From a virus (lineage: Duplodnaviria; Caudoviricetes), in the IMG/VR virus record IMGVR_UViG_3300003937_000325: a stretch of DNA of 64,000 nucleotides; one strand, written 5' to 3'. Made by a program: the position numbers and the translations under genes. Positions 1 through 12,580 of the stretch are shown here, piece by piece. The notes beneath the pieces are model-generated. The model made no database searches. It was not told the origin of the DNA and saw nothing but the letters and a program-made list of their open reading frames with translations. Numbering within the stretch: the stretch's first letter is position 1; every line of letters starts with the position of its first letter.

Positions 1-892
1 CATTCATTATTACAGTACCCAATTGACCTTCACATTGTGGTGATATTGGTGTAACACTTAAGGATAAGTTGGTTAAATTAGTTGGACATGTCCCTACTGT
101 CATCACCCAATTTGCCTTTGTCGGTGGTACACCTTGATTTTGCCACGTTCCTGTTGGTTGTAATTGTGGAGGACTCTGAATTAGTCTCATTGCACCTTGG
201 TTACCGCTAATAGAGGTCCATACTAATACTTCCCACCAACCATTATTAATATTGTATGTTAAGGTAAGACCATTTACAGTATCTAACCATTGGAAATTAC
301 CATTATTATCAGTACCGTTAGGTGTGAAATTATATTGTTGATTTAATTCACTATGACTCAAACATAACGGGTCTTGAGCAGGAGGCGTAGGTGTAGGTGG
401 GTTACAAACAGTACAAGTAGTATAAGAACTATTAATTGTTAATCCAGACACTTCAAGTCCCGCCGAACTAACAGGTCCAATAAACTCATAACATCCCGGT
501 ATTTCATTAAAAATAATTGTAGGTTTGAAATTTGGGAATGGTGGTTCATAAGTTGCCCCTGAAACATAAACTGTTCGAGATGAAAATCCTGGACATGTAA
601 TAAACTTGTAAACTGTTTCGGTACTACTACCCACAACACATGTTGTTTTTTTAATATAATCTCCAAAATAATCAACAACATTAGCTATATATGTACCTGG
701 AGATAAATTAGTTAAAGTATTACCTTGTTGACCATTAGTCCACGTTATAGAATAAGGAGGGGTACCGCCAAATACTTGAACTACGGCACTACCATCAGAT
801 GCTGTTGGGGAAGATGCGTTAGTAACATTACACTCCACCTCCATAGGTATTATGGTTATTATCGTACATTGATTTCCTGTTAATCCTGCCAT
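1..892 (-). CDS. Partial (3'-truncated at window edge) putative virion protein with SprB-like repeat, Cys module and short TP linker
   Basis: Not in the ORF track. Manual translation from ATG at 892 (MAGLTGNQCTIITIIPMEVEC...GGTPPYSITWTNGQQGNTLTNLSPGTY...CTVCNPPTPTPP...) appears to stay open to position 1. Confidence 0.8.
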   Translation of the reverse strand, partial: MAGLTGNQCTIITIIPMEVECNVTNASSPTASDGSAVVQVFGGTPPYSITWTNGQQGNTLTNLSPGTYIANVVDYFGDYIKKTTCVVGSSTETVYKFITCPGFSSRTVYVSGATYEPPFPNFKPTIIFNEIPGCYEFIGPVSSAGLEVSGLTINSSYTTCTVCNPPTPTPPAQDPLCLSHSELNQQYNFTPNGTDNNGNFQWLDTVNGLTLTYNINNGWWEVLVWTSISGNQGAMRLIQSPPQLQPTGTWQNQGVPPTKANWVMTVGTCPTNLTNLSLSVTPISPQCEGQLGTVIMN

Positions 893-903
893 TTTATTAT
901 TTT

Positions 904-2820
904 TTAAGTACAATCATTATATGTCCCTAAAGCTATCTGTATTTGAGTCGAGTAACCCCCACTATATACAGTTTGCCAGAAACTATTCATATTTATACAA
1001 GCCGTGACCGTAGTAGTAGATTCACCACCTAGTATTATAGTAACAACATCACCATTACAAGTTTTTACATTACTTAAGGTTATTTGTGATGATGAAGTAT
1101 TATTCACACCAAACCCTGTTTTACAACCACAATAAGTGTCTGAACAGTCAGTCACTATTGAATATCTATATGCCGCACTCGGCCAATTAGTACCAATTGT
1201 AGTATTATTCTGACTTGACGTTATAGTAAAAGTTTTACCACCTAAAGTATAACAAGTATTAACCCCTTGCGATGGTACAATTTCCTGAACAAGTGCACCT
1301 ATTCCAGCTAATCTGGCAGCACTTATAGTATCACCACTACTTAATGATGACGCTGTTCCCGTATCCATTTGTATAATCATTGTTTTATTATTCACACATC
1401 CTTCAGCTAATATATGTATTGCTTCACATTTACCACTATTACTACAATCACTATTAATTGTATTTAGAGTTGGATTTAATAATGGTGCGCTAGCATCATA
1501 CGGGACTTTTTCATAACATTCGTCAATAGTAAATTGTTGACTCAATTGATTGGTTATCGTAAATACGAAACTTGCAAAATCATCATCATTTAATGTGGTA
1601 TTAAAGGTTGTTGGAGCAACCATTAAATCAGACATACTAGGTGTTAAACCGGCGTTACACAATCTATATGTAGTTGGTAATGATGGGGAACTACTTGTTG
1701 GTGTAGGAGTATTTGTAGGAGTTAAAGTAGGTGTATTAGTAGGTGTATTTGTCGGAGTTAAAGTAGGTGTATTTGTTGGCGTATTTGTCGGAGTTAAAGT
1801 AGGTGTTAAAGTAGGTGTTAAGGTAGGTGTTAAAGTAGGTGTTAAGGTAGGTGTTAAGGTAGGTGTTAAGGTAGGTGTTGGCGTTAAAGTCGCATCAGGT
1901 GTAGATGTAACACTTGGTGTAGGTGTTAAGGTAGGTGTTAAGGTAGGTGTTAAGGTAGGTGTTGGCGTTAAAGTCGCATCAGGTGTAGATGTAACACTTG
2001 GTGTAGGTGTGATAGTAGATGTATTGGTTGGAGTATTAGTTGGTGTGTTAGTTGGAGTATTAGTTGGAGTTGGAGTTAAAGTCGCATCAGGTGTAGATGT
2101 AACTGTCGGCGTATTAGTTGGTGTTAATGTAGCCGTTGGTGTTTGACTTACGTCTATAGTGTTTGTTGGCGTAGCGGTATTTGTTGGAGTAGGTGTTGGT
2201 GTTGGAAAACCACAATCCTCAGTTGTAAAAGATACACTACATGTCGCACCATTTACACAACCTTGGTATAGCCAATTTGTTGTATTAGGTGAAGGAAATA
2301 TCGGAGCCGGATTATAAAATGTTACACCAGCTAAATTCCAACCTGAAATTTCCCATCTTGTACCTGACCACTGTATTGAACCATTATTTGGTGAAATCCA
2401 TTGATTTTGTCCATTAAATAGTGTTGTCGATAATGTATATCTAACCGTCTCCGTAAATCCATTACCTTCAAACACACCATCATAATAAGTGACATTTAGA
2501 CATGGTCCTGTAGCACTAGGTGTAAGTGTTGGTGTTGGCGTGAGAGTAATAGTAGGGGTAACAGTAGGTGTCGCTGTCGGTGTAGGTGATGGTCCGAACC
2601 CGAAACATTCACAAACCACACATAAATCGGCATCTATAACTTTAATACAAAACGGTATATTTTCATAAATTGTCGGTAAATTAAATGTCGCAGGAAAATC
2701 AGCATTAGTCGCCACCTGACCAAGATATGTTTGTTGGGATAACGCATCACAACTATCAGCCACCCATATTTGAAATGGTGATACTCCTGTCGCACTATCT
2801 ATACCTACTGTTGTACTCAT
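904..2820 (-). CDS. Mucin-like Thr/Pro-repeat putative virion protein (638 aa) with Cys-containing flanking modules
   Basis: Central (TPTL/TPTN)n tract, Trp-rich N-terminal domain, C-terminal Cys modules; lies among structural genes. Confidence 0.8.
   Translation of the reverse strand: MSTTVGIDSATGVSPFQIWVADSCDALSQQTYLGQVATNADFPATFNLPTIYENIPFCIKVIDADLCVVCECFGFGPSPTPTATPTVTPTITLTPTPTLTPSATGPCLNVTYYDGVFEGNGFTETVRYTLSTTLFNGQNQWISPNNGSIQWSGTRWEISGWNLAGVTFYNPAPIFPSPNTTNWLYQGCVNGATCSVSFTTEDCGFPTPTPTPTNTATPTNTIDVSQTPTATLTPTNTPTVTSTPDATLTPTPTNTPTNTPTNTPTNTSTITPTPSVTSTPDATLTPTPTLTPTLTPTLTPTPSVTSTPDATLTPTPTLTPTLTPTLTPTLTPTLTPTLTPTLTPTNTPTNTPTLTPTNTPTNTPTLTPTNTPTPTSSSPSLPTTYRLCNAGLTPSMSDLMVAPTTFNTTLNDDDFASFVFTITNQLSQQFTIDECYEKVPYDASAPLLNPTLNTINSDCSNSGKCEAIHILAEGCVNNKTMIIQMDTGTASSLSSGDTISAARLAGIGALVQEIVPSQGVNTCYTLGGKTFTITSSQNNTTIGTNWPSAAYRYSIVTDCSDTYCGCKTGFGVNNTSSSQITLSNVKTCNGDVVTIILGGESTTTVTACINMNSFWQTVYSGGYSTQIQIALGTYNDCT
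1793..2010. repeat. 7 x 12-bp tandem repeat (GTTAA[A/G]GTAGGT, 1793-1876) followed by an 84-bp-period duplication (starts at 1877 and 1961)
   Basis: Read directly from the sequence; encodes (PTLT)n and the [12 protein letters not shown] cassette. Confidence 0.85.
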
Positions 2821-2926
2821 TTATTTATCTATTATATTATTATAGTAACTCACATTATTAAGTGAATATGTTATTTTACTATAAGTATTTATCTCTCTTT
2901 CAATTTTATTTTTTTTATCCATAATA

Positions 2927-5900
2927 TTATAATGGTAAACATTCAAAAGTGGTTGGACTACATTCTCCACCAAAAAGGTCCACAACTTTACCATATAAAC
3001 CCGCGTTTGGACCCACAGTTTCAGTTACAATTTTTGCTATTCTAAATTGACCCGTGCCCGTATCTGTTGGATTAACCCAATAAGCGTAAAATCCACCTTC
3101 AATACCATTTGTTATCCCATAAATAAATGTAGGTTGTAATGGGTCATTATCACAAGTTTTTTCTGAAGTAACATTGAAGTTATTATTACAAAAAGCATTA
3201 CATATTGTAACTCCAGCTGAAATATAAATCGTAAATTCACCACTTGGTTGTGAACTAGGTGTTGGTGTTGGTGTAGTTGTATTAGTAGGTGTCGGTGTTG
3301 GTGAATCAATTGGCGTACTTGTCGGTGTTGGTGTCGGTGTTGGAGTCGGACTTTGTGATGGTAGAGGTGAATTGTCAGTTGGACATTGAGTACAGTTAGG
3401 GTATCCCGTATCTAAACTTAACGAGTATGATGGCCCTGAGTAACCTGTTATATCTTCAATATATTCCCAACATCCTGGTACTTCATTAAATGTTGAAACA
3501 TTATTAGCTCCAGGATTAACAACATTTAACCCATATAATGTATCGGTATTTGTTAATTGTGAACCTGAGAATACTATATCGTAGAACTGAGTTTGTCGTT
3601 GTGATGACGTATGATAACCTATTTTACCTTGGTCTGCAAATTTAATTAATTCATTACCCGTCGCGTATGATGGTGCCGAGGTCCACGTATTAATATCATT
3701 CAAGTCTATACTCACTAATAAGGTATATGGGTTGGGGTTACCTGTTTGTACACAATCCGTACACTGTGGTAATACTATAGAATCACCCATCATTTTAGTA
3801 GTATATACATCTATAGTCGTCCCTGTTTTTATTACCTTAACTCTTACATCACCCTGGTTAGAATAAAAATTATAAGTTGAACCATTACTACTACCATTTC
3901 CTGAAAAAGGACTAGTACCTTCCCATACATACGTATCGAAAGAATTGGACCCATTAGTGAACGCTAGCGTAGGATTATTTAAGTTATACCTTATGTCGGC
4001 CTTATCATATTGTGAATTAAATGTCAATAATAAAGACTGTGTTGAACCTGAAGGACCATAAATACCTTCATCATCTTTAATTGTCGATAATACGAGACCA
4101 ATATTGTCATTATCCTGAGCGGTACTTCCAACTGTAACTTCATGTGTGTAATCACTAAATCCACATGTAGAATAGAACCCATTAACTAACCCACTATTTT
4201 GTGAACATTGAATCATGTCGGGTACACCTCCGGCGTTAGTTATTTTAGATATCGCGTTGACTACAGTATTTGAAGGACCTTCAACGGTGTATTTAGTCTG
4301 TAAACTATTAGATAAACTCGTTACATTCCAATTAGTAGTAGTTGTTAATATTTGAGACCCTGTTGGGTTACCTAAAGCTTGACCTTCATTTACAGTCGGA
4401 TTAAACGTTGTCCAAGCCCATCCAGGTTGACCAACATTGTACCAAACAACAAATTTATTTATATAACTATTAAAATAAAATCTACCATTATCGGTTCCCG
4501 CATTACAACCAACACAAGGATACGCTCCGGATAAAGGTGGGGTGGATGGTCCAACATTTTCCCCTTCAGTCATAGGTAGATTATGAACACCTAAATACCT
4601 TGAACTATTATTAATCGTACCACCCGTATAGAACCAATAATTATTGTCATTAGTTATAATAGTACCATCTGGTTGTAATCCCGTTTCAACATTTGTACCA
4701 GGGAATACGTTACGTGCAAAATATGAGAATCGTGTCCAATTATTTACAATATCATTAGGGTTGGTTTGCTCACCATATGTAATGTCATTTTCAACACAGG
4801 CCACACCACCACATCTTTCATATACACTAAATATTTCCGGTGTTGGAGTTGGGTCAGGTGTAGTACATTCTAAACAATCAGCATCTATACTATTAACAGA
4901 AGTTAATATATGTGTTGAAGACCCTTCAACTTCTTCCTCATACGTTAAACAATAATCCACACCACCTATAGTACCATTAAATGTCGTACCTGATGTTACA
5001 GTACCACCAGTATAAGGTATTGGTGCAGTTACATAAAATTCTTGTTCTTTATCATTAGGGTCACAATTAGTTAACCTCGCTACCTCACCACAATCAAAAT
5101 ACCCATCATCTATTATAAATGTTACTGCTCCACCAACAGGCGTTATACACGCTTGCGGTGTAGAAGTGGGTGTAGGTGTCGGTGTTGGAGTAATATCTTT
5201 AACATCATCATTTATTATTATAACCGCATCACAATCATTAATTAACGTACTTGTCGGTGTAGGCGTTAATGTTGGTGTAACTGTATTAGTTGGTGTATTA
5301 GTTGGAGTTATAGTGTTAGTCGGAGTATTGGTTGGTGTTGGGCTTGGACTAAGTCCTGGTGTTACTGTTGGAGTAGGGGTAGGAGTAGGAGTTACCGGTC
5401 CACATACACCTCCAACGCATGAATAAAAGGAATCAGCATAATTCATATTATAGGAAGGTTCACTTGGAAAAGGACTCCATCCAGAAAAATCTATTGGTGG
5501 GAAATTAGTTGAATCTCCACTGTATAATACATCATCTCGCCAAGTCCTTGCTCCAGTTACTTGACCATCTTTAACACATAGATAGAAAAGACCTCCACTT
5601 ACTAATGCCGTAGTAGCACTAAATGTTATAAAATTATTATCACAATCATAATAATCAATTTCAACAACATCATTAGGATTTACAGTATTACCTGTGGCGG
5701 CGAACGGAATATTTGTGTCTATTTCTAAACAATCACAACTTGAATTTGTAGGTGTAATCGTTGGAGTGGCAGTTGGTGTTGCTGTCGGAGTTAATGTAGG
5801 GTCAGTTGGAGTTGGAGTTATTGTAGTCGTAGCTGTTGGAGTTATTGTAGGTGTATTTGTAGGCGTATTAGTTGGTGTTAATGTAGGAGTATTAGTCGGT

Positions 5901-8900
5901 GTATTTGTAGGAGTTAAAGTTGGACTTAACGATGGGGTATTTGTTGGAGTATTAGTCGGTGTAACCGTTGCAGTATTTGTAGGAGTTAATGTGGGGGTTA
6001 AAGTTGGTGTAACGGTAGGAGTATTTGTCGGCGTGTTAGACGGGGTAGGAGTTATGGTCGCATCAGGTGTAGAAGTTACACTTGGAGTTATTGTCGGAGT
6101 ATTAGTAGGAGTATTAGTCGGAGTGTTAGATGGTGTATTAGTAGGACTTAACGATGGAGTATTAGTCGGTGTCAATGTAGGTGTGTTAGTCGGCGTAACA
6201 GTTACAGTATTCGTAGGAGTTAAAGTTGGACTTAACGATGGAGTATTAGTCGGTGTATTAGTTGGGGTATTAGTTGGAGTTAAGGTAGGAGTATTAGTCG
6301 GGGTATTCGTTGGCGTTAATGTAGGTGTGTTAGTCGGAGTATTAGTTGGAGTTAAGGTAGGGGTATTTGTCGGAGTTTGAGTTGGTGTATTAGTTGGAGT
6401 ATTTGTCGGTGTGTTAGTCGGCGTAACAGTAGTGGTATTTGTCGGAGTAGGCGTTAATGTTGGAGTATTTGTTGGAGTAACAGTTGCAGTATTTGTTGGT
6501 GTTAATGTAGGAGTATTAGTTGGTGTTAATGTAGGTGTATTAGTAGGTGTATTAGACGGAGTAGGTGTTAGTGTTGCGGCTGGTGTTGAAGTTACTGTTG
6601 GAGTATTTGTAGGCGTTAAGGTAGGTGTGTTAGTTGGAGTTAAAGTAGGTGTATTAGTCGGAGTAACTGTCGCAGTATTTGTAGGTGTTAAAGTAGGACT
6701 TAACGATGGAGTATTAGTCGGGGTATTCGTTGGTGTTAATGTAGGTGTGTTCGTTGGAGTAACCGTCGCAGTATTAGTAGGAGTTAATGTAGGCGTATTA
6801 GTCGGTGTCAATGTAGGTGTATTAGTCGGTGTCAATGTAGGTGTTGGTGTTATGGTTGCGTCGGGTGTTGACGTTACACTTGGAGTTATTGTCGGAGTAT
6901 TAGTAGGCGTTAATGTTGGTGTTACCGTAGATGTGTTTGTTGGTGTTAAGGTAGGTGTCGGTGTAGACGTATTAGTCGGGGTATTAGTTGGAGTTAATGT
7001 AGGTGTGTTTGTTGGCGTTAATGTAGGTGTTAAGGTAGGAGTTAGAGTTGGTGTAACCGTTGGTGTATTTGTAGGAGTTAAAGTCGGAGTATTAGTAGGT
7101 GTTACCGTAGCCGTATTAGTTGGCGTTAAAGTAGGCGTATTAGTCGGTGTATTAGTAGGTGTTGGTGTAGATGTATTAGTAGGCGTAACCGTTGAGGTAT
7201 TAGTAGGAGTTAATGTAGGTGTGTTTGTTGGCGTTAATGTAGGTGTTAAGGTAGGAGTTAAGGTAGGCGTATTAGTTGGAGTTAAAGTAGGGGTATTAGT
7301 TGGAGTAGGAGTTATGGTCGCATCAGGTGTAGAAGTCACACTTGGAGTTATTGTCGGAGTGTTAGTTGGAGTTAAGGTAGGCGTATTAGTTGGAGTTAAA
7401 GTAGGTGTCGGTGTAGATGTATTTGTAGGTGTAAGGGTAACCGTGTTTGTTGGCGTTAATGTAGGAGTATTAGTAGGAGTTAATGTAGGTGTGTTTGTTG
7501 GTGTTAAGGTAGGAGTTAAGGTTGGCGTATTTGTTGGGGTCAGAGTCGGGGTGTTAGTAGGTGTTAATGTAGGAGTATTAGTAGGTGTTAATGTAGGAGT
7601 ATTAGTAGGTGTTAATGTAGGAGTATTAGTAGGTGTTACCGTTGCTGTATTTGTTGGAGTTAATGTGGGTGTATTTGTTGGAGTTAATGTTGGAGTTAAG
7701 GTGGGCGTGTTTGTAGGAGTTAATGTCGGTGTAACTGTTGCGGTGTTAGTAGGAGTTAATGTTGGTGTGTTAGTAGGTGTTAAGGTTGGCGTATTTGTTG
7801 GAGTAACTGTAGCAGTATTTGTAGGCGTTAAAGTTGGACTTAACGATGGGGTATTAGTCGGAGTTAAGGTAGGAGTATTAGTAGGTGTAACCGTTGCAGT
7901 ATTAGTCGGAGTTAAGGTAGGAGTATTTGTTGGAGTTAAGGTAGGGGTTAAGGTAGGGGTTAAGGTAGGAGTATTTGTCGGAGTAACCGTTGCAGTATTT
8001 GTTGGCGTATTTGTTGGCGTATTTGTTGGAGTTAAGGTAGGGGTTAATGTTGGAGTTAAGGTAGGGGTTAATGTTGGAGTATTTGTCGGAGTAACCGTTG
8101 CAGTATTTGTTGGTGTATTTGTAGGAGTTAAAGTAGGAGTTAAAGTAGGAGTTAATGTTGGCGTATTTGTTGGAGTATTTGTCGGAGTAACCGTTGCAGT
8201 ATTTGTTGGTGTATTTGTAGGAGTTAAAGTAGGAGTTAATGTTGCAGTATTTGTTGGAGTTAAGGTAGGGGTTAATGTTGGAGTATTTGTCGGAGTATTA
8301 GTTGGTGTAACCGTTGGTGTATTTGTAGGTGTTAAAGTAGGTGTTAGTGTCGGGGTATTTGTCGGGGTTGGTGTTGGTGTATCTGACGGACAAGTACCAC
8401 ATGATTCACAAGAATTAAATAAATCATCAGGAATTAACTTACCATCCTCACCTGCTCCACCTTGCGATTCACCCGTAATCTCATAACAATCACCTAACCA
8501 TTTTAAATGGGTTCCACCATATTGTACGCTCGGTTTTAGACTCCCTTTACCACATGGTACCGTTAATTTTACAACTATTCTTTCTTCAGTACAACAGTCT
8601 TCTAATTCTATTATCCAAAATTGACAACCAATCTCTTTTTCATAACATTCTTCACAATCAGGAAAATCGGGAAAGTTAAATAATCCATCAGTACCATCAC
8701 CTCCAAGATTATTAGCGTAATAACAACAATTATCAATAAAAAAAACATTGTTATTTGATACTATATTTGCCGCATCAACTGCGGGAACTAATATACTTTT
8801 CTTTAGAATACTTGTACAACAGTCATACAGTGTTATTTCTCTATAATCAATACTTCTTGTTGGAGTTATTGTTGGTGTTGGTGTTGTAGTAATTGTTGGA

Positions 8901-10234
8901 GTCGGTGTTGGTGTCGGTGTCGGACTTTGTGATGGAGATGGTTCCGAACATGGAAATAACAACTTACATTCTTTACAATCTTGTTCGGGATTAGGATTTA
9001 CTTGTGGTCCGCCAGCACCTCCAGTAGAAACTATTTCGTAACATTCGTTAGCTATTACAAAGGTGGAACCAGCGGGACTAAAAACAGGTGCCTGTACATC
9101 CAAAAATTGAGTTTCGTCACAACATTTTACAGCACGATACCTAGCGTATGATATCACAGGTGTCGTTGGCGTAGGAGTTGGTGTTGCTGTTGGTGTATTG
9201 GATGGGGACGCTCCCGTACAACAATCCGTACAGTCTTCAGAAACACTTGTGATAATTACTGTGGTATTAGATACCGCCTTATCACTAATATCTGTAACCT
9301 GATAACAACAATCATCATCTGGTCCCGGACCTAATGCTGGTACATCTACTGTAACCACCTGACCGAGATATGGACAAGGAATTATTGCAGGTGACTGAAG
9401 AGTAACCCATACCCCATCTAAAGGATATGTACACCCACCTATATCAGGTGGGGGACATAGTCCTGTTATCTCATCACAACGTCTTAATTTTATTTTACAA
9501 ACCGCACTAACTGGTTGAGTGTCACCATCCTCAATAGGTGTCGTACCTGAATCACCAGGACAATTCCCACAATCAGTACCTATCCACACTTGTGCTATTG
9601 TACCGATAAAAGATACTGTTGGCGAGCAGCTCGGACAATCACTTATAGGTATCCAACACGACCCATGACTGTCTTCAAAACCATTAAATCCAACTGCAAG
9701 GTTCGCAGTATTATTAATACATGCAATAGTAAATGGATTATTACAGTTTTGAATACATATCGTACCAACATTATGCACAACATATCCGTCTAATAAATAA
9801 TGAAATGGTCCGTGTAAACTAATTGAAATTAAATCCTCCTTATTGATAGATTTTTCATAACTATAAATGTTCTCTAACAATATACTGTCTTCCGTGATTC
9901 TCACTAATTTGTGGTCATCACCTAAGTATAAATTATTAACATTTTTAAATTCAAAAGTTTTATTTAAAGTATTATATACAAGTATTTCCTTATCCCTTAA
10001 AGATAGTTCATTAATGGTTATATAATCTTGATTTTCTGTGGAAACTTTATTTACCTCAGATGAAGTAAACTCTAAACCATTAATTTCTTTACTTGACCAA
10101 TATTTAGCTTCTTGAACGTCACCATCATTAGGTAAAATAATAGTTTGCAGAGACATACCCTCTTGAACATCTTCAATATTCAAAAGAGTACCATCAAGTA
10201 ATAAAACTTTTTGACCTACTTTATATCCAACCAT
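2927..10234 (-). CDS. Giant 2435-aa putative virion surface/fibre protein: N-terminal Hint domain, Cys-rich modules, roughly 870-aa Thr/Pro tract, C-terminal lectin-like domain
   Basis: N-terminus [24 protein letters not shown]...[10 protein letters not shown] is Hint-like; repeated CxxC modules; TPTNTPTL tract; [13 protein letters not shown] motif. Confidence 0.8.
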   Translation of the reverse strand: MVGYKVGQKVLLLDGTLLNIEDVQEGMSLQTIILPNDGDVQEAKYWSSKEINGLEFTSSEVNKVSTENQDYITINELSLRDKEILVYNTLNKTFEFKNVNNLYLGDDHKLVRITEDSILLENIYSYEKSINKEDLISISLHGPFHYLLDGYVVHNVGTICIQNCNNPFTIACINNTANLAVGFNGFEDSHGSCWIPISDCPSCSPTVSFIGTIAQVWIGTDCGNCPGDSGTTPIEDGDTQPVSAVCKIKLRRCDEITGLCPPPDIGGCTYPLDGVWVTLQSPAIIPCPYLGQVVTVDVPALGPGPDDDCCYQVTDISDKAVSNTTVIITSVSEDCTDCCTGASPSNTPTATPTPTPTTPVISYARYRAVKCCDETQFLDVQAPVFSPAGSTFVIANECYEIVSTGGAGGPQVNPNPEQDCKECKLLFPCSEPSPSQSPTPTPTPTPTITTTPTPTITPTRSIDYREITLYDCCTSILKKSILVPAVDAANIVSNNNVFFIDNCCYYANNLGGDGTDGLFNFPDFPDCEECYEKEIGCQFWIIELEDCCTEERIVVKLTVPCGKGSLKPSVQYGGTHLKWLGDCYEITGESQGGAGEDGKLIPDDLFNSCESCGTCPSDTPTPTPTNTPTLTPTLTPTNTPTVTPTNTPTNTPTLTPTLTPTNTATLTPTLTPTNTPTNTATVTPTNTPTNTPTLTPTLTPTLTPTNTPTNTATVTPTNTPTLTPTLTPTLTPTLTPTNTPTNTPTNTATVTPTNTPTLTPTLTPTLTPTNTPTLTPTNTATVTPTNTPTLTPTNTPSLSPTLTPTNTATVTPTNTPTLTPTNTPTLTPTNTATVTPTLTPTNTPTLTPTLTPTNTPTLTPTNTATVTPTNTPTLTPTNTPTLTPTNTPTLTPTNTPTLTPTNTPTLTPTLTPTNTPTLTPTNTPTLTPTNTVTLTPTNTSTPTPTLTPTNTPTLTPTNTPTITPSVTSTPDATITPTPTNTPTLTPTNTPTLTPTLTPTLTPTNTPTLTPTNTSTVTPTNTSTPTPTNTPTNTPTLTPTNTATVTPTNTPTLTPTNTPTVTPTLTPTLTPTLTPTNTPTLTPTNTPTNTSTPTPTLTPTNTSTVTPTLTPTNTPTITPSVTSTPDATITPTPTLTPTNTPTLTPTNTPTLTPTNTATVTPTNTPTLTPTNTPTNTPSLSPTLTPTNTATVTPTNTPTLTPTNTPTLTPTNTPTVTSTPAATLTPTPSNTPTNTPTLTPTNTPTLTPTNTATVTPTNTPTLTPTPTNTTTVTPTNTPTNTPTNTPTQTPTNTPTLTPTNTPTNTPTLTPTNTPTNTPTLTPTNTPTNTPTNTPSLSPTLTPTNTVTVTPTNTPTLTPTNTPSLSPTNTPSNTPTNTPTNTPTITPSVTSTPDATITPTPSNTPTNTPTVTPTLTPTLTPTNTATVTPTNTPTNTPSLSPTLTPTNTPTNTPTLTPTNTPTNTPTITPTATTTITPTPTDPTLTPTATPTATPTITPTNSSCDCLEIDTNIPFAATGNTVNPNDVVEIDYYDCDNNFITFSATTALVSGGLFYLCVKDGQVTGARTWRDDVLYSGDSTNFPPIDFSGWSPFPSEPSYNMNYADSFYSCVGGVCGPVTPTPTPTPTVTPGLSPSPTPTNTPTNTITPTNTPTNTVTPTLTPTPTSTLINDCDAVIIINDDVKDITPTPTPTPTSTPQACITPVGGAVTFIIDDGYFDCGEVARLTNCDPNDKEQEFYVTAPIPYTGGTVTSGTTFNGTIGGVDYCLTYEEEVEGSSTHILTSVNSIDADCLECTTPDPTPTPEIFSVYERCGGVACVENDITYGEQTNPNDIVNNWTRFSYFARNVFPGTNVETGLQPDGTIITNDNNYWFYTGGTINNSSRYLGVHNLPMTEGENVGPSTPPLSGAYPCVGCNAGTDNGRFYFNSYINKFVVWYNVGQPGWAWTTFNPTVNEGQALGNPTGSQILTTTTNWNVTSLSNSLQTKYTVEGPSNTVVNAISKITNAGGVPDMIQCSQNSGLVNGFYSTCGFSDYTHEVTVGSTAQDNDNIGLVLSTIKDDEGIYGPSGSTQSLLLTFNSQYDKADIRYNLNNPTLAFTNGSNSFDTYVWEGTSPFSGNGSSNGSTYNFYSNQGDVRVKVIKTGTTIDVYTTKMMGDSIVLPQCTDCVQTGNPNPYTLLVSIDLNDINTWTSAPSYATGNELIKFADQGKIGYHTSSQRQTQFYDIVFSGSQLTNTDTLYGLNVVNPGANNVSTFNEVPGCWEYIEDITGYSGPSYSLSLDTGYPNCTQCPTDNSPLPSQSPTPTPTPTPTSTPIDSPTPTPTNTTTPTPTPSSQPSGEFTIYISAGVTICNAFCNNNFNVTSEKTCDNDPLQPTFIYGITNGIEGGFYAYWVNPTDTGTGQFRIAKIVTETVGPNAGLYGKVVDLFGGECSPTTFECLPL
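5760..8385 (-). repeat. About 2.6 kb degenerate coding repeat, ([12 protein letters not shown])n
   Basis: Peptide-level repeat with varied synonymous codons; gives a G/T-rich plus strand. Confidence 0.9.
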
Positions 10235-10252
10235 ATAACTAAATACTTTCTA

Positions 10253-10260
10253 TATAAATA
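10253..10260 (-). promoter_or_regulatory. TATTTATA putative phage promoter motif (representative copy)
   Basis: Sense-strand copies lie upstream of starts at 10253, 21699, 24700, 49634 and 54062 (minus) and 14953 (plus). Variants at 15963, 42719 and 45088. Confidence 0.6.
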
Positions 10261-10288
10261 ATCGCATAAGCGATTTTGTGACATTTTA

Positions 10289-11959
10289 TTATGACTCTTT
10301 TCTTAATTTACCATCATAGTGGTCAAATCGGTCATGTTCTGTTGGTGTAAGTAATAAAATACCAGGGTTTATATTACCCTTTACGGTTTCTTGAAAAATA
10401 TATGACATCCAAGTCTGTTCAAATGGTCTTTCCCACTTTTCAGTTAAAAACATTTTTTTATTACCGTACTTAGAGACCACTTGAGGCCAATTACAGTAAT
10501 ATATTTCACCATGGGCATATGGTACACCATTAAAGGAGTCTATTTTAGTTAATTTAGTCTTAGGTGCGTTGGGGTCTAAACCTTGGATGGGTAATGTTGG
10601 TTTTTCTGGCCATTGATTTTCTCTAAAATTTTGAGGAACATTATACCATGCCCATTGAACCCTATTATCCCCATAAAACTCAGTAAATGATAATTTTAAA
10701 AAATCGAAATCATTTTTTTTACTTATTTGTAATGACTTTCTATATAATCCATCAACAAACCTGTTAAAACCGTTTTTACCGACCTCACCTTTCTTAGGAT
10801 AAAAAAACATATCATCCTCAAAAAAGAAATAATAATCATAACCCCTCTTTTCGGCATCTTCGGCAATCCACTGTCTACCACCACATATACCTAAATTATC
10901 TTTTTTAACATGTATTATATCGTGTTCTTTACATAGTTTTTTGTATTCAGGTGTAGTCTCTAAATCAGTGGAATTATCTAATAATATCCATTGAGGTTTT
11001 TCGACAAAGTCTTTATCGTATTGATTCATAGACTTAATTAGTGTTTTAACCTGATTAGGACTATTAAACGTTATAACATACAAACCAACATTATTAATAT
11101 TTAAATCATTACTTTTTATTTTCACCTTGGATTCATTTAAAACTTTATGTTTGTTATTTTTCACATCTTCAAAAAACTTACTTATTAAACCATTACTTTC
11201 GATTGGGAAATATTGATACAAATCAGGATGTCTATAAAGTAATATTGTAAATAGAGATTCTTCAGTACCCATATAACCTTCATTTAACGTACTTTTCATT
11301 AAATTATAATATTGGTTATTAAAATCGGATATAGACTCAACTGGACCACCGAAAAAACCTCCTCTACACACCTTATCAACTTTAGATGATGTTAATTCAC
11401 ACATTTTCTTATAATTAAACCCATGAATTTCATTTTCAGCCTTATATGGGAAAGATATAAATGTTATTTTATCAATATTACCTAACTTATCAATTACTTT
11501 ATCGTGGGTAAAATATCCAGAGTGTACAGTATTCGTAATACCCGCATCTAACCAATATAAATGAGTAGATTTAAATCTATCCATTATCTTAGCGTCATGC
11601 ATTAGAAATACTTTAGACATCACAAGAGGGTTATACATATCTAATTTAGATTGTGTCGATTCACCTAACCAACCCGCCTGAGCTCTCCATTTTTCTGACT
11701 GCCTTATTTCTGAAATCTTATCATAAAACTCGTTTTTAAACCATTTTTGGTCCCTAACTATAAATTGTGTATTTTCTTTTGTTCTTTTTTTAAAAACAAA
11801 CTCTTCAATTTCTTTATCACCAAATATTATAAGATTATACGGTAAATCTAAAAATTGATTAAATTTTTCTAAATAATGTTCAAACGTTCGAGACCACCCT
11901 TCAGATAATTCGTCTCTTTTTATATTCCATAAACCTGTTACTATAGTGATATTATCCAT
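10289..11959 (-). CDS. Two-domain glycan-modifying protein: HtrL/YibB-like N-terminal domain plus GT-A (GT2-like) C-terminal domain
   Basis: TIVTGLWNI...YNPLVMSK...YWLDAG resembles HtrL_YibB. The second half has LYVITFNSP...LLDNS...GICGGRQ...YYFFFEDD, a GT-A-type acidic motif. Confidence 0.65.
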   Translation of the reverse strand: MDNITIVTGLWNIKRDELSEGWSRTFEHYLEKFNQFLDLPYNLIIFGDKEIEEFVFKKRTKENTQFIVRDQKWFKNEFYDKISEIRQSEKWRAQAGWLGESTQSKLDMYNPLVMSKVFLMHDAKIMDRFKSTHLYWLDAGITNTVHSGYFTHDKVIDKLGNIDKITFISFPYKAENEIHGFNYKKMCELTSSKVDKVCRGGFFGGPVESISDFNNQYYNLMKSTLNEGYMGTEESLFTILLYRHPDLYQYFPIESNGLISKFFEDVKNNKHKVLNESKVKIKSNDLNINNVGLYVITFNSPNQVKTLIKSMNQYDKDFVEKPQWILLDNSTDLETTPEYKKLCKEHDIIHVKKDNLGICGGRQWIAEDAEKRGYDYYFFFEDDMFFYPKKGEVGKNGFNRFVDGLYRKSLQISKKNDFDFLKLSFTEFYGDNRVQWAWYNVPQNFRENQWPEKPTLPIQGLDPNAPKTKLTKIDSFNGVPYAHGEIYYCNWPQVVSKYGNKKMFLTEKWERPFEQTWMSYIFQETVKGNINPGILLLTPTEHDRFDHYDGKLRKES

Positions 11960-12573
11960 TACTCTTTTATTTTACAAACCCATACAACTTTATCAAAAGT
12001 TTCTTTCATAAAACTTTTTAAATTATATTTTTCACACGTTTCCTTTATGTCTTCTTCTCCAATTTCTCTCCAATTCCAAATTTTATCCCTATAATTCTCT
12101 AAAAAGTTTTCTTTAGTATCTACATAGTCGTGAGCCATTATAATATCCCCACTTTTTAAGTACTTTGACAAAATTATAAATTCATTGACTTTACTTCCTC
12201 CATCACATAATACTAATGTAGTCCCTTCTCGACCAATGAACGATTCAACCATTTCTGGTTTTTCAATTTCTTTATATGAATGTGAAAAAATATTTTCAAC
12301 AATAATTTCAATATTTCTCTTTCTCATTTCTGGAAACCATTTATGTTCTTTCACTTCAAAAGATTTAATATCTGTTTTTTCTAACCCTATCTCATCTAAA
12401 GTTTCTCTTATTGAGAGTGTTGTCCCCCCACCAGCAGTTCCAATTTCTACTATTTGTTTAGGTTTAATTTCTTTTAATAGCTTTTCAAAAGCACCACTAA
12501 CTTCAGGTTTTTGTTGCATTGTTAGTCTAAAATTTGGTGTTATTTTTGAAATATATGAAGTATGTCCTTTCAT
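11959..12573 (-). CDS. Class I SAM-dependent methyltransferase (Methyltransf_24/CmcI-like)
   Basis: IVEIGTAGGGTT motif I, LVLCDGG, GDIIMAHDY. Confidence 0.75.
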   Translation of the reverse strand: MKGHTSYISKITPNFRLTMQQKPEVSGAFEKLLKEIKPKQIVEIGTAGGGTTLSIRETLDEIGLEKTDIKSFEVKEHKWFPEMRKRNIEIIVENIFSHSYKEIEKPEMVESFIGREGTTLVLCDGGSKVNEFIILSKYLKSGDIIMAHDYVDTKENFLENYRDKIWNWREIGEEDIKETCEKYNLKSFMKETFDKVVWVCKIKE

Positions 12574-12580
12574 TTTTTTA

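Noticed and set aside
5760-8385. Regular repeats that might be a CRISPR array
   Set aside because: In-frame, codon-degenerate coding repeats with no constant repeat/unique spacer pattern, and no cas genes.
10260-10275. Short palindrome AATCGC-ATAA-GCGATT next to a TATTTATA motif
   Set aside because: Only a 6-bp stem with no clear U-tract; too weak to call as a terminator or operator.
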